Below are positions 1 to 10,208 of a DNA stretch of 33,215 bases, in pieces; the first letter of the stretch is position 1, and every line of letters starts with the position of its first letter. The notes under the pieces are model-generated. The model saw only the letters and a list, made by a program, of their open reading frames with translations, was not told the DNA's origin and ran no database searches. Made by a program: the position numbers and the translations under genes. This DNA comes from Nemertoderma westbladi. Lineage: Eukaryota; Animalia; Xenacoelomorpha. The stretch lies in NCBI GenBank assembly GCA_032718475.1, contig JAUCBJ010003158.1, positions 1-33,215 on the forward strand, in the 5' to 3' direction.

Positions 1-108
1 TGTGGCTGTGGTTGTGGCTGTGGTTGAGGCTGTGGCTGTGGTTGTGGCTGTGGCTGTGGCTGTGGCTGTGGTTGTGGCTGTGGTTGTGGTTGTGGCTGTG
101 GCTGTGGT
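1..108. repeat. (TGTGGC/TGTGGT)n hexamer repeat encoding Pro-Gln on the minus strand
   Basis: Directly visible, about 18 units. Confidence 0.95.
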
Positions 109-569
109 TTGTTTGTATATGTAAATAAGCGGTTGTGGGATGAGCTATTCACTGATGGTAAAAATGGGTTGTTGGTCGAACCTCCAGTCTGTTGTCTTGA
201 AGTAGAAGGGCCAACCCTAGGAGATTGAATGTTTAGTGGTGGAGGTGGTGGTGGTGGTGACAAGGGCGTTTGAGATTGTTTGCGTTTCCGAGAGAAGAGA
301 CGCGTATAGCAATCGTGTTCTTTAAAGGCTGATAGAGTGAATGATTCGCCACACTTGCAAGTGTTTTCTTCGTTGATAAATCTGAACCCAGTCCCACCTT
401 GCGTACATAGCGCTAGATGGCTAACCATAGTTTTCTTATCGGAGGACCAGGTGCCACAACAATCGCATGAATATTGTTTAAAATGAGATGCGAGATGTTT
501 GTTGAGATTGTCACTGCGCATGTTCTTATTGCAGACGGGACAGTCAACGAATGTTGATGATCTAGGCAT
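1..569 (-). CDS. C2H2 zinc-finger protein with poly-Pro and Pro-Gln repeat, partial (runs off the left end); probably mobile-element or virus derived
   Basis: Manual translation from ATG at 569: MPRSSTFVDCPVCNKNMRSDNLNKHLASHFKQYSCDCCGTWSSDKKTMVSHLALC...CKCGESFTLSAFKEHDC...RKRK...PPPPPPPP...(PQ)n, with no stop before position 1. Absent from the ORF track, presumably because no stop lies in the window. Confidence 0.75.
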   Translation of the reverse strand, partial: MPRSSTFVDCPVCNKNMRSDNLNKHLASHFKQYSCDCCGTWSSDKKTMVSHLALCTQGGTGFRFINEENTCKCGESFTLSAFKEHDCYTRLFSRKRKQSQTPLSPPPPPPPLNIQSPRVGPSTSRQQTGGSTNNPFLPSVNSSSHNRLFTYTNKPQPQPQPQPQPQPQPQPQPQPQPQPQPQPQPQPQP

Positions 570-574
570 GTTTG

Positions 575-698
575 CTATAAAATAAAAAACTAAATAATAA
601 TAATAAGTTTGGGAAGGTTTCGCGGGGTTGATATTTATTTTGAGGTAATAATGTTAAAACTAAACGAATTCATAAAAACACAAATTTATTGTTCTTAC
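575..698 (-). other. Putative 124-nt 5'-UTR intron of the zinc-finger gene
   Basis: Minus-strand donor CAG|GTAAGA at 698 and acceptor TTTTTATTTTATAG|CAAACATG at 575, five nt before the ATG. Confidence 0.6.
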
Positions 699-849
699 CT
701 GCAGATTGATGATGTTTGCAACAATATATTATGTATAACAATAAATGTATTACGTATAACAATCTTGAAGAAATGTATTATAACTTTAAATAAAAAGTAA
801 AATTGTCAATAATATTTTTGTAAGTAAAGTTCGAAGCGAAGGGTGGGGG

Positions 850-972
850 TTTATAAGGGAAAGGATAACCAATGAAAATAAAAGTGAAGCTTGTGGGAAC
901 CAATAGAAATAAAAAGAGAGAGAGAGAGAGACGCGCTATTGGATTGAGGGAATAATAAACACATTTCATTGG
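850..972 (-). promoter_or_regulatory. Possible Pol II promoter of the zinc-finger gene
   Basis: Minus-strand TATAAA at 850-855 and CCAAT at about 938-942 and 968-972, upstream of the putative first exon. These are short motifs in AT-rich DNA. Confidence 0.3.
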
Positions 973-1626
973 GTTAATTAAATGTAAAACATTAGTTACG
1001 AAGGGAAATGGGATGAATTGAGAAGCGGGGGAGTGCGTCGGAGAAAATTGCGTGTAATGAATGAATGGGTATGTTAATTAATGTTACGCTAGAGCATCTC
1101 TGAAATTACTTCAAACAAAAAAAACTGTAGTATCCACTGTAGTAAAGAGATGGTTGGGAATTAGTTTGACACATGGCGTTTGGGTAGGCCTTTGTTGTTG
1201 AGCTAATATGCGCGTGGACTGCTTCGCAATACAATATGAAAGAATGCAAACTATTGCCATACCAGATGTTTATTCTAATTTCTTGGATGAATTGATGTAA
1301 TAACGAAGCTATAGGTTTGAATAATTTAAACTCTATGGCAGGTCCCATTCACGCAGGCCCCATTCACGCATTGATGTTTGGGTTAGTCATGCTACAGTTA
1401 ATAAGAGCCCGAGCAGCCACAGATTATTGAGGGATGACTCGGGGCCAAACTGGGGCCACTTTATTTTTGTGTGAGGGTAATTTATGTTTTGGGCCTCGAT
1501 TGCGTCTTTATATTTCATTCTATCTTTACCTATTGTATGGCAAAAATAATACAAATGTATTGTATATTGTATTGTATATTTCGTTTGTTATAGTACAATT
1601 TATTCATCTCGCGTCCCTATCTGATT

Positions 1627-1737
1627 GATTTGTATCAAATTAAATTGCCTTTGGCAACATTATTTGATACAAATCGATTGATTAAACAATTAATTAATTG
1701 TTTAATCGACCAATTAATTAATTGGTTAATTAATTAA
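1627..1737. repeat. Cluster of inverted repeats and palindromes
   Basis: GATTTGTATCAAAT...ATTTGATACAAATC (1627-1675) with an inner TTGCC/GGCAA stem; perfect 28-bp palindrome 1680-1707; perfect 18-bp palindrome 1709-1726. Confidence 0.9.
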
Positions 1738-1907
1738 TGACCTACTTAACACCCAAGGTGTGAAGTAGGTCCAATTGTCGCCGAAATAGGGTAAACCATT
1801 ACTACTGTTTATAATTGCAGCTTTTACCTTTCTTGCTAAGATTGAATCATTAATCAGTTCACGAGATACATTCAATAGGAACATACGTCGAGTTGTAGCT
1901 TTCCCAC

Positions 1908-4900
1908 GAATATGAAAGGGCACACAATATTGCATGGGTTCCCCATTCCGCTCCGTGATGTAGGTTCTCTATATACCTTGCGTATGTTTAACCCCCCATT
2001 TCCAAAAATCCACGATACTCTGGATTATCATTAAAAAAATTGGTGGCCATATTACGTAACTCACCTACATTGTATAACTGTACAGTTCTTAGGTATACAG
2101 CTATCGAGGCAAACATGCAGTCCCCGTCATCACCGCCGCATTCGAGTTGCATTAGACCTAATTGGGCAGCAGCCCGGCCCACAGTCCGCCCGGTGTTGAT
2201 CATCTCCACCACTATCGGATTCCAAGCTGAAAAATATAAAAATAGATAATATCAGAAAAAGTTAGAAACAGAATGTTACACTATGGAAATTGATGTTGTA
2301 CTGTTAGTTGTTGGCAGTACCCTATCTATTTCAAAAGCAGTATAGTGGCCCGGGACGAAACCCAGATGAATAACCACCCCCGCTGCCCCGATGATAATAT
2401 CGTTCCCCATTTGCCCATCCCACGTATGAATTTTGAAAGTGTAACCCAATGAATATGAAAGGGCACACAATATTGCATGGGTTCCCCATTCCACTCCGTG
2501 ACTTAGGTTCTCTATATACCTTGCGTATGTTTAACCCCCCATTTCCAAAAATCCACGATACTCTGGATATCATTAAAAAAATTGGTGGCCATATTACGTA
2601 ACTCACCTACATTGTATAACTGTGCAGTTCCTAGGTATACAGCTATCGAGGCAAACATGCAGTCCCCGTCATCACCGCCGCATTCGAGTTGCATTAGTCC
2701 TAATTGGGCAGCAGCCCGGCCCACAGTCCGCCCGGTGTTGATCATCTCCACCACTATCGGATTCCAAGCTGAAAAATATAAAAATAGATAATATCAGAAA
2801 AAGTTAGAAACAGAATGTTACACTATGGAAATTGATGTTGTACTGTTAGTTGTTGGCAGTACCCTATCTATTTCAAAAGCAGTATAGTGGCCCGGGACAA
2901 AACCCAGATGAATAACCACCCCCGCTGCCCCGATGATAATATCGTTCCCCATTTGCCCATCCCACGTATGAATTTTGAAAGTGTAACCCAATGAATATGA
3001 AAGGGCACACAATATTGCATGGGTTCCCCATTCCACTCCGTGACTTAGGTTCTCTATATACCTTGCGTATGTTTAACCCCCCATTTCCAAAAATCCACGA
3101 TACTCTGGATATCATTAAAAAAATTGGTGGCCATATTACGTAACTCACCTACATTGTATAACTGTGCAGTTCCTAGGTATACAGCTATCGAGGCAAACAT
3201 GCAGTCCCCGTCATCACCGCCGCATTCGAGTTGCATTAGTCCTAATTGGGCAGCAGCCCGGCCCACAGTCCGCCCGGTGTTGATCATCTCCACCACTATC
3301 GGATTCCAAGCTGAAAAATATAAAAATAGATAATATCAGAAAAAGTTAGAAACAGAATGTTACACTATGGAAATTGATGTTGTACTGTTAGTTGTTGGCA
3401 GTACCCTATCTATTTCAAAAGCAGTATAGTGGCCCGGGACAAAACCCAGATGAATAACCACCCCCGCTGCCCCGATGATAATATCGTTCCCCATTTGCCC
3501 ATCCCACGTATGAATTTTGAAAGTGTAACCCAATGAATATGAAAGGGCACACAATATTGCATGGGTTCCCCATTCCGCTCCGTGATGTAGGTTCTCTATA
3601 TACCTTGCGTATGTTTAACCCCCCATTTCCAAAAATCCACGATACTCTGGATTATCATTAAAAAAATTGGTGGCCATATTACGTAACTCACCTACATTGT
3701 ATAACTGTACAGTTCTTAGGTATACAGCTATCGAGGCAAACATGCAGTCCCCGTCATCACCGCCGCATTCGAGTTGCATTAGACCTAATTGGGCAGCAGC
3801 CCGGCCCACAGTCCGCCCGGTGTTGATCATCTCCACCACTATCGGATTCCAAGCTGAAAAATATAAAAATAGATAATATCAGAAAAAGTTAGAAACAGAA
3901 TGTTACACTATGGAAATTGATGTTGTACTGTTAGTTGTTGGCAGTACCCTATCTATTTCAAAAGCAGTATAGTGGCCCGGGACGAAACCCAGATGAATAA
4001 CCACCCCCGCTGCCCCGATGATAATATCGTTCCCCATTTGCCCATCCCACGTATGAATTTTGAAAGTGTAACCCAATGAATATGAAAGGGCACACAATAT
4101 TGCATGGGTTCCCCATTCCACTCCGTGACTTAGGTTCTCTATATACCTTGCGTATGTTTAACCCCCCATTTCCAAAAATCCACGATACTCTGGATATCAT
4201 TAAAAAAATTGGTGGCCATATTACGTAACTCACCTACATTGTATAACTGTGCAGTTCCTAGGTATACAGCTATCGAGGCAAACATGCAGTCCCCGTCATC
4301 ACCGCCGCATTCGAGTTGCATTAGTCCTAATTGGGCAGCAGCCCGGCCCACAGTCCGCCCGGTGTTGATCATCTCCACCACTATCGGATTCCAAGCTGAA
4401 AAATATAAAAATAGATAATATCAGAAAAAGTTAGAAACAGAATGTTACACTATGGAAATTGATGTTGTACTGTTAGTTGTTGGCAGTACCCTATCTATTT
4501 CAAAAGCAGTATAGTGGCCCGGGACAAAACCCAGATGAATAACCACCCCCGCTGCCCCGATGATAATATCGTTCCCCATTTGCCCATCCCACGTATGAAT
4601 TTTGAAAGTGTAACCCAATGAATATGAAAGGGCACACAATATTGCATGGGTTCCCCATTCCGCTCCGTGACGTAGGTTCTCTATATACCTTGCGTATGTT
4701 TAACCCCCCATTTCCAAAAATCCACGATACTCTGGATTATCATTAAAAAAATTGGCGGCCGTATTACGTAACTCACCTACATTGTATAACTGTGCAGTTC
4801 CTAGGTATACAGCGGTGACTATCGAGGCAAACATGCAGTCCCCGTCGTCACCGCTGCATTCGAGTTGCATTAGTCCCAATTGGGCAGCAGCCCGGCCCAC

Positions 4901-4984
4901 AGTCCGCCCGGTGTTGATCATCTCCACCACTATCGGATTCCAAGCTGAAAAATATAAAAATAGATAATATCAGAAAAAGTTAGA
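1908..4984 (-). repeat. Tandem array of about 5.7 x 542-bp units, each with a 3' splice site and an OTU-like exon
   Basis: Near-identical units, seen as recurring ORFs starting at 2212, 2754, 3296, 3839, 4381 and 4930. Confidence 0.97.
4445..4944 (-). pseudogene. OTU-family cysteine protease (deubiquitinase-like) exon, rightmost copy, with one in-frame TAA
   Basis: GDDGDCMFASI (catalytic Asp/Cys loop), ELR..AA.F, EMGG*TYARYIENLRHGAEWGTHAILCALS, IHLGFVPGHYTA (catalytic His). ORFs 4700-4930 and 4445-4639 are in the same frame. Confidence 0.8.
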
Positions 4985-5112
4985 TCTTGCATCTCAGATA
5001 AAACTCCTTCTCCACTCCCAATATCCAGTGACTGGCCGGAATCAAGTGGTCTGAAAATTCCGCCACCAGCATCGGCGTTTTCCCCCCAGGTGTCGGGAAT
5101 AACGGCAACATT

Positions 5113-5565
5113 ATTTTAAATTTGATTATTCTACTTATATGGGGAGGGGCGAGCCGTGAAGTGTGTGAAAGCATATAGGTGTCACTGGCGAGTTGCCTTA
5201 TCGCCGTCTGTCACCACCACAAATTTTTGATTGCTAATAACTCAGTTATTTCGTGATTTGATGAAAAAAAGGGGCGAGCCATGAAGCGAGTGAAGCCTTA
5301 GCATATGGGTACCATTAACGAGTTGTGGGGGCGAGCTACGATGAAGTAAGGAAGGTTATTGTATTTATAATATTACTATTTTAATTTGATTATTTTACTT
5401 AAATCTGCCATCGCTTTTATTTAAAAATTTCTCCCGCCACCTCACCCACTTATCCCGCCATCGCCATCTGCCCAAGTTATTTTGTTGATTTGATGAAAAA
5501 ATAGGGCGAGCCATGAAGCGAGTGAAGCCTTTGCATATGGGTACCATTAACGAGTTGTGGGGGAG
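5113..5565. repeat. Degenerate local duplication (about 230-bp offset)
   Basis: GGGCGAGCCATGAAGCGAGTGAAGCCT..GCATATGGGTACCATTAACGAGTTGTGGGGG at about 5272 and 5503, with a third degenerate copy near 5147. Confidence 0.8.
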
Positions 5566-5789
5566 CATGTAGGTACTATTGTTGAATTTGCCGATTATTA
5601 TTGTTATTATATTAATTGTCATAATTATTACTTACATTAATTTTCGGTAGGTGGCAGTGTGTGAGTTTCACCAACCATCCGCGGCGGACATATGCACATC
5701 GGCCGCCGACTGGCGATCGGCGAGATGGCGATCCCCGGGCGCGCCGGGAGCACCCCATCTTTACGCGGTACGTCCCGTATTCTATCTTC

Positions 5790-6032
5790 CTACGCGAATC
5801 TCCGCGCTACCATCATTAAATGTCGCCTCCTTGTTAAGGGGCGATGAATGAAGGCAACAGACATCAGTTTATAGGGTTTAACTTCGGGTGTTATAAATGT
5901 CACCGTTGGTTTATTAGGCCTCCTAAGTGGTTCGATAGCACCCCCTCGAGGCCCCCACCCAAAAGTTCGGGGCACCCTACCAGAAACTGGTATATGTTGG
6001 TTGGGTTCAACGATTTTATTCGCTTCAGCCAT
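5790..6032 (-). CDS. Hypothetical basic 80-aa protein
   Basis: Its ATG overlaps the stop of the upstream ORF (TAATG at about 6030-6034). No recognised motif. Confidence 0.25.
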   Translation of the reverse strand: MAEANKIVEPNQHIPVSGRVPRTFGWGPRGGAIEPLRRPNKPTVTFITPEVKPYKLMSVAFIHRPLTRRRHLMMVARRFA

Positions 6033-6231
6033 TATAATACAGAAATTATTATACTGCTATACGGCCAGTCAACCATGTCAAACACCCCCCCCCCCCCCCC
6101 CCCATTAATTAAGCAATCTGATGTAAAACCGAATTCAACATCTGATTTACCACCCTTCAACTTAGAAATCGCCTCAGCTACCAATTTGACAGAAACAGAC
6201 ATACTTTCGTCAATAACAAGATTTTGCAATT
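6032..6231 (-). CDS. Hypothetical exon or ORF
   Basis: Preceded by acceptor-like CTAAACTATTTCAG. No recognised motif. Confidence 0.25.
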
Positions 6232-6496
6232 CTGAAATAGTTTAGAATCAACGATTATAATATATTTTTAAAATCTGAAAAAATGAACAACAGAGGGTGG
6301 CATACACTACACCAATAATATAATATTTTTTTCAGATTATTAAATCGCCATTTATATTTACTATAGTACAAAGCGGTTTGGTTGAATGGCTTAGTGTGGA
6401 GTGGGGTGGTGGGAAGAATATGGAGGTTTATAGAAGAACAAACAATAATTCTTATGACATAATGTAATAAGCCTATCTTCAATAAACTCATTTACT

Positions 6497-7063
6497 TTAT
6501 TCGTTCTGATGGCCATATATATGATATATGGCCTCTGCTGATATGGTTATCTCTCCATCCGCCTGTGTGATGGTACCACACATCGACCATCCCACTACAG
6601 ACAAACCACATTCTCTATTGATTCTTCCTGCAATACTTTTCACTGCATTCTTCAAGGCTGGAACACCGAAATTACCAAGAGGTAAAGTCAGCGGAGAAGG
6701 ATTAATAAAAAGTTTTGATAGATTGAAAGAGAATAGCCCGTCCTCGGCTTCTGGAAATCCTGGAATTTCTGGATTGATAAACATTCCAGCACACCAGTTG
6801 GCTGAACGCCTGCTCTTATAATAACACACACATACTGCCTCCTTGGTGCTGGCATGTTTATCGCACAGCAGCCCACTACACCTCTCCCCTACAACACACA
6901 CCCCGGAGATACTGACTTTTACACACTTGTAGCTAAACATATGAGTGTCAGTATCGCCAGGGTATTGCTTGTAGGGGACGTAGGGAACTTCGTACACTGG
7001 GCCAGGGGTTAGTTTTATAGGGGATCCAGTATGTATAATGGGATTAGACGAGTCGTTGCTCAT
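6497..7063 (-). CDS. Hypothetical Cys-rich 188-aa protein (MSNDSSNP...)
   Basis: Uninterrupted ORF with protein-like composition. The start is placed at 7063 because the upstream extension overlaps an opposite-strand fragment. Confidence 0.45.
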   Translation of the reverse strand: MSNDSSNPIIHTGSPIKLTPGPVYEVPYVPYKQYPGDTDTHMFSYKCVKVSISGVCVVGERCSGLLCDKHASTKEAVCVCYYKSRRSANWCAGMFINPEIPGFPEAEDGLFSFNLSKLFINPSPLTLPLGNFGVPALKNAVKSIAGRINRECGLSVVGWSMCGTITQADGEITISAEAIYHIYGHQNE

Positions 7064-7089
7064 ATATTTACAGTTGAAATATGCAATCC

Positions 7090-7440
7090 ATAATCCACAA
7101 TATACAATCCACGATCGTGTATCATGGACTTCCTTTGTTCGTAATTTCAATTTATCCTGATTTTACCTTTAAAACCTACGTAAATGGAGTTGAGGTTAGA
7201 ATTCTCAGTTTATCTAAGAATAGAGTTTTTAATCTCAAAAAAAAACATATTTTGGATGAAGCCGTTCGTCAGTTGACTACGCTTAGTAAGACACCAGGAC
7301 ATAAAGAGGAGATCATAATGCGAAACATGGAGCTCTTGGGATGTTGTCAATTTGGAGGGCGCAATTATTATATGATGGCGGGCCTTTGATCTAGAACTCG
7401 ATACATGATTATCTTGTTGCCATTATCTCGTCATGATATT
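7090..7440 (+). pseudogene. Possible fragment of a P-element/THAP9-like transposase
   Basis: IQSTIVYHGLPLFVISIYPDFTF...SLSKNRV...EAVRQL...GGRNY, then frameshifted RAF/SR..Y. This resembles, from memory, the region preceding the catalytic core in invertebrate P-like transposases. Unverified. Confidence 0.35.
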
Positions 7441-8500
7441 GACGTCACACCTCTCCTTTGTTCTTTCTCTAACATATGAACACTTTCCATTGTCATATTT
7501 AATCAATCTACCTCTATAAAAAGCTATCATGATGGCCACGGTTCAATCTAGAAACATTTCCATATAACTTTTTATCCTTTTCTGTCATCTAATTACAATG
7601 TTTTTTTGCATATAAAAATATATTTACTTTTTGTATTAACTTCGCCAAACCCTTCAGCTAATTTGCCATGAAATACCGAATCTTCAACAAACTGAAATGT
7701 ATACTCTTCATTCCACGAAATGAAGCTTTCATTACTGACCTACATCTTTTTGTGTTAAAATTCAATTGTATAACACATTGCTGTAAGAAGTTACCATGTT
7801 TAGAAGGCAAACTCTCACCTCTACCATTATTGTAAGATTTACAAATAACGAATATATCCTTGCCTGGAATGTGATTCATCATTTCAACATTATCAACCAT
7901 ATCAACTGTAGGAACAAGATCACAAATATCTCCTGCAACCTGATCTGCGACCATATCACCTAAATGTAAGTGGCCTAAAACCACAATAATTTTCTCCAGG
8001 CAATCAGTAACATTCGTATTAGACCTTGGAACCCTTGTGTTATTATTGACAACACGCTGCAGATAATTTGGAACTGACTGTTGAGTGACGATTTTCGGTT
8101 CAATATTCAACAATGTGTGATACAACACATGGCAATACATTATACAAACTGACAATGACTGCAATCATAAACCTGGTGCTAAATTGTCTACTTTATGAAT
8201 AACCCAAGGTCTCATTCCGGTACTTGATTCAGTCTGTATACAAGGCATTTCTTCTCTTAATATGTCTTTAACAGATTGTCTCCCAATCGTGTCCTTATCA
8301 CTCGTTGCTCTCTTATAACATCTGTTATGCATCCGCAAACAATCAGCTGTCTCAATATGTGTTGCTCCTTGTAAATTATCCTTTATTTTATCAGGTGGCG
8401 GCAAATCATGTCTTTACAACTTCCACGTAATTATCTTCTAGGTTAGGTCTGCCATCCCTTAACGAATTCAATAACATCCACTCTGTATTCCAACATTAAT

Positions 8501-9347
8501 TTTTTTTTATATTTATTATAATATTAACAAACAATAATTCGAATATAAAAACGCACCAAAACAAGTACAAATATAACCCACCACCAGCTGATTCAAACTG
8601 TTACCTAGCAACAATACAAACAATACAAATTGGTTCAGTACCCATCACCAGTCTGCCACTCTGCCACTGCCAGTACCCAACAAACCCGCCAGACCTCTAA
8701 CTTCTAAGCCGTCCCGGGGTCCGAGTCCGCGTTCGCCCACACAATGGACGCGTCCGCCACCGCTGCCCGCACCGGTCTTCTAGCGGCCGACCGAAACCCA
8801 CGGAGGCACATCAGGGACGACCGGAGTAAGGCAAAGTTGATGCGTCGCCGCACCCACGCTACCGACTCCGGGTAGGGAACCCGTCGTTTCTCCGACAGCC
8901 TCAATGCCAGCCGCTTCACAAACTGCTTCGCAGCCGGCGCCATGCCCCCGAAAGCGGAAAATATGAGGGGGGTGAAGGTTGAGTGCTCAACCTCACGGAT
9001 CCGCTCCTCGTATCTCCGGATCTTCCTCGCCTCGTGATGGAGGTGGGCGGCGTCCAGCGACATCGCTGCGTTGGTGTCCGCCAGCGGGTTGAACACCGAC
9101 ACGTCGATAAACATCTTCTGGAAGCGGTTGCCCCAGAATCCGCTTACCGACACGTCGAGTCTCGCCTGCTGGTCCGTCGAGGTGGACCGGAGAGTGAAGG
9201 ACTCCCCCGTCAGCCGCTGGAGCATCGGCTCGACAGCCACGTTGTGGGCCACCTCAGTCAGGGAGTCGGCGACGAAATCGCGGATCTCGTTGTGTCTGAT
9301 TGAGGGGAACCCCCCAGTGGGACACGACAGAACGTCGTTATTAACGG
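8501..9347 (-). mobile_element. 5'-truncated CRE-like non-LTR retrotransposon (restriction-like endonuclease type)
   Basis: GC-rich island, RLE domain, 3' UTR, AATAAA and A-tail at about 8501-8516, and identical 16-bp flanks GTATTCCAACATTAAT at 8485-8500 and 9348-9363. Confidence 0.9.
8704..9330 (-). CDS. C-terminal RLE endonuclease domain of the CRE-like element (partial)
   Basis: LSCPTGGFPSIRHNEIRD...VEPMLQRLTGE...ARLDV...FWG...FIDVSVFNP...HEARKIRRY...FTPLIFSAFGGM...FALLRSSLMCLRG. Confidence 0.85.
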   Translation of the reverse strand: MSCPTGGFPSIRHNEIRDFVADSLTEVAHNVAVEPMLQRLTGESFTLRSTSTDQQARLDVSVSGFWGNRFQKMFIDVSVFNPLADTNAAMSLDAAHLHHEARKIRRYEERIREVEHSTFTPLIFSAFGGMAPAAKQFVKRLALRLSEKRRVPYPESVAWVRRRINFALLRSSLMCLRGFRSAARRPVRAAVADASIVWANADSDPGTA

Positions 9348-10208
9348 GTATTCCAACATTAATCGATTAGCCTTCTCTAATCTGTTATCATCATAAAAAC
9401 AAATGGAAACTGAATCCGCGGATCCAAATCTATGAATGTTGAAGATATTCTGTTGTAACCACCTTTTGTATTTATCGTCCGATACGAATCCACATGCTAT
9501 CCAACTCTTGGTTCTCTAATTACATGGGGTGATATCTTTGCCATAGATAATATATCTGGCCACGCGAACAAGTATCTTGCATTATCGTCACCTGTAATGT
9601 ATTTAAAACTTTTTTAAATATAAAGATTAAATAAAATATAACATGTAGAATTAAAAAAAATAAATAAAAGATTCCTTGAAAATACTACATGCAAAATACA
9701 TGCAAAACGCGTTGTATAGGTACATGGCATTCTATACGTATAGCTTTCTAGTTTATTTAGAAGGATTTAATGTTTCATTGCATGGAAGGCCTTCTTCAGA
9801 TCAATGTAATGTAATGTAATGTTCATTTAGAAACCACCTATATGCCATTTTTGCCGAAATAAAGATTGCTGCATTTCTCTATGTTAAAATGTATTCGGAA
9901 TCCGATTAACACACTTAGAAGGCCATACTCCCACATATAACTGAGATATTTAACGTTTCAAAACCACCTACAGTATATGCCAGTTTTGCATAGACAGCAT
10001 GATAAATAAATTTTTTTAAATACAACCTATATAATACATTTTACTATTAGAAATAGAGTAAGCCCGGGAAACGTTGATATAAAATTGGAAACAATGAAAA
10101 AGGAGCTAGAATTGTTGTTTATTATGATAGAGAGAGATTTGTTTTATATTTTTAAAACTTAATAATCGAATTTGTCTTAAAGGGTTTTATTTCTTTTTGA
10201 GTTATCAT

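Larger units (their letters stand above)
7658..9590 (-). pseudogene. Decayed unknown coding region interrupted by the CRE insertion
   Basis: ORFs 8165-8404 and 7658-8164 share a frame across a single TGA. Removing the CRE gives ...DNRLEKANRLMLEYRVDVIEF... An acceptor-like TACATTACAG|GTGAC lies near 9591. Confidence 0.35.

Noticed and set aside
1340-1370. 15-bp tandem duplication GG(T/C)CCCATTCACGCA
   Set aside because: Real, but most simply a local slippage event with no further support.
2225-2280. 53-nt intron joining units into a poly-OTU protein
   Set aside because: The candidate donor GTAACA is weak and out of phase with the acceptor, and internal stops remain in every unit.
2040-4967. 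Repeated plus-strand 69-aa ORFs
   Set aside because: Antisense shadows of the OTU exon.
7064-7150. N-terminal extension of ORF 6497-7150
   Set aside because: It overlaps the opposite-strand transposase-like fragment, so the ATG at 7063 is the more plausible start.
8983-9370. Plus-strand ORFs over the GC-rich island
   Set aside because: Antisense shadows of the CRE ORF.
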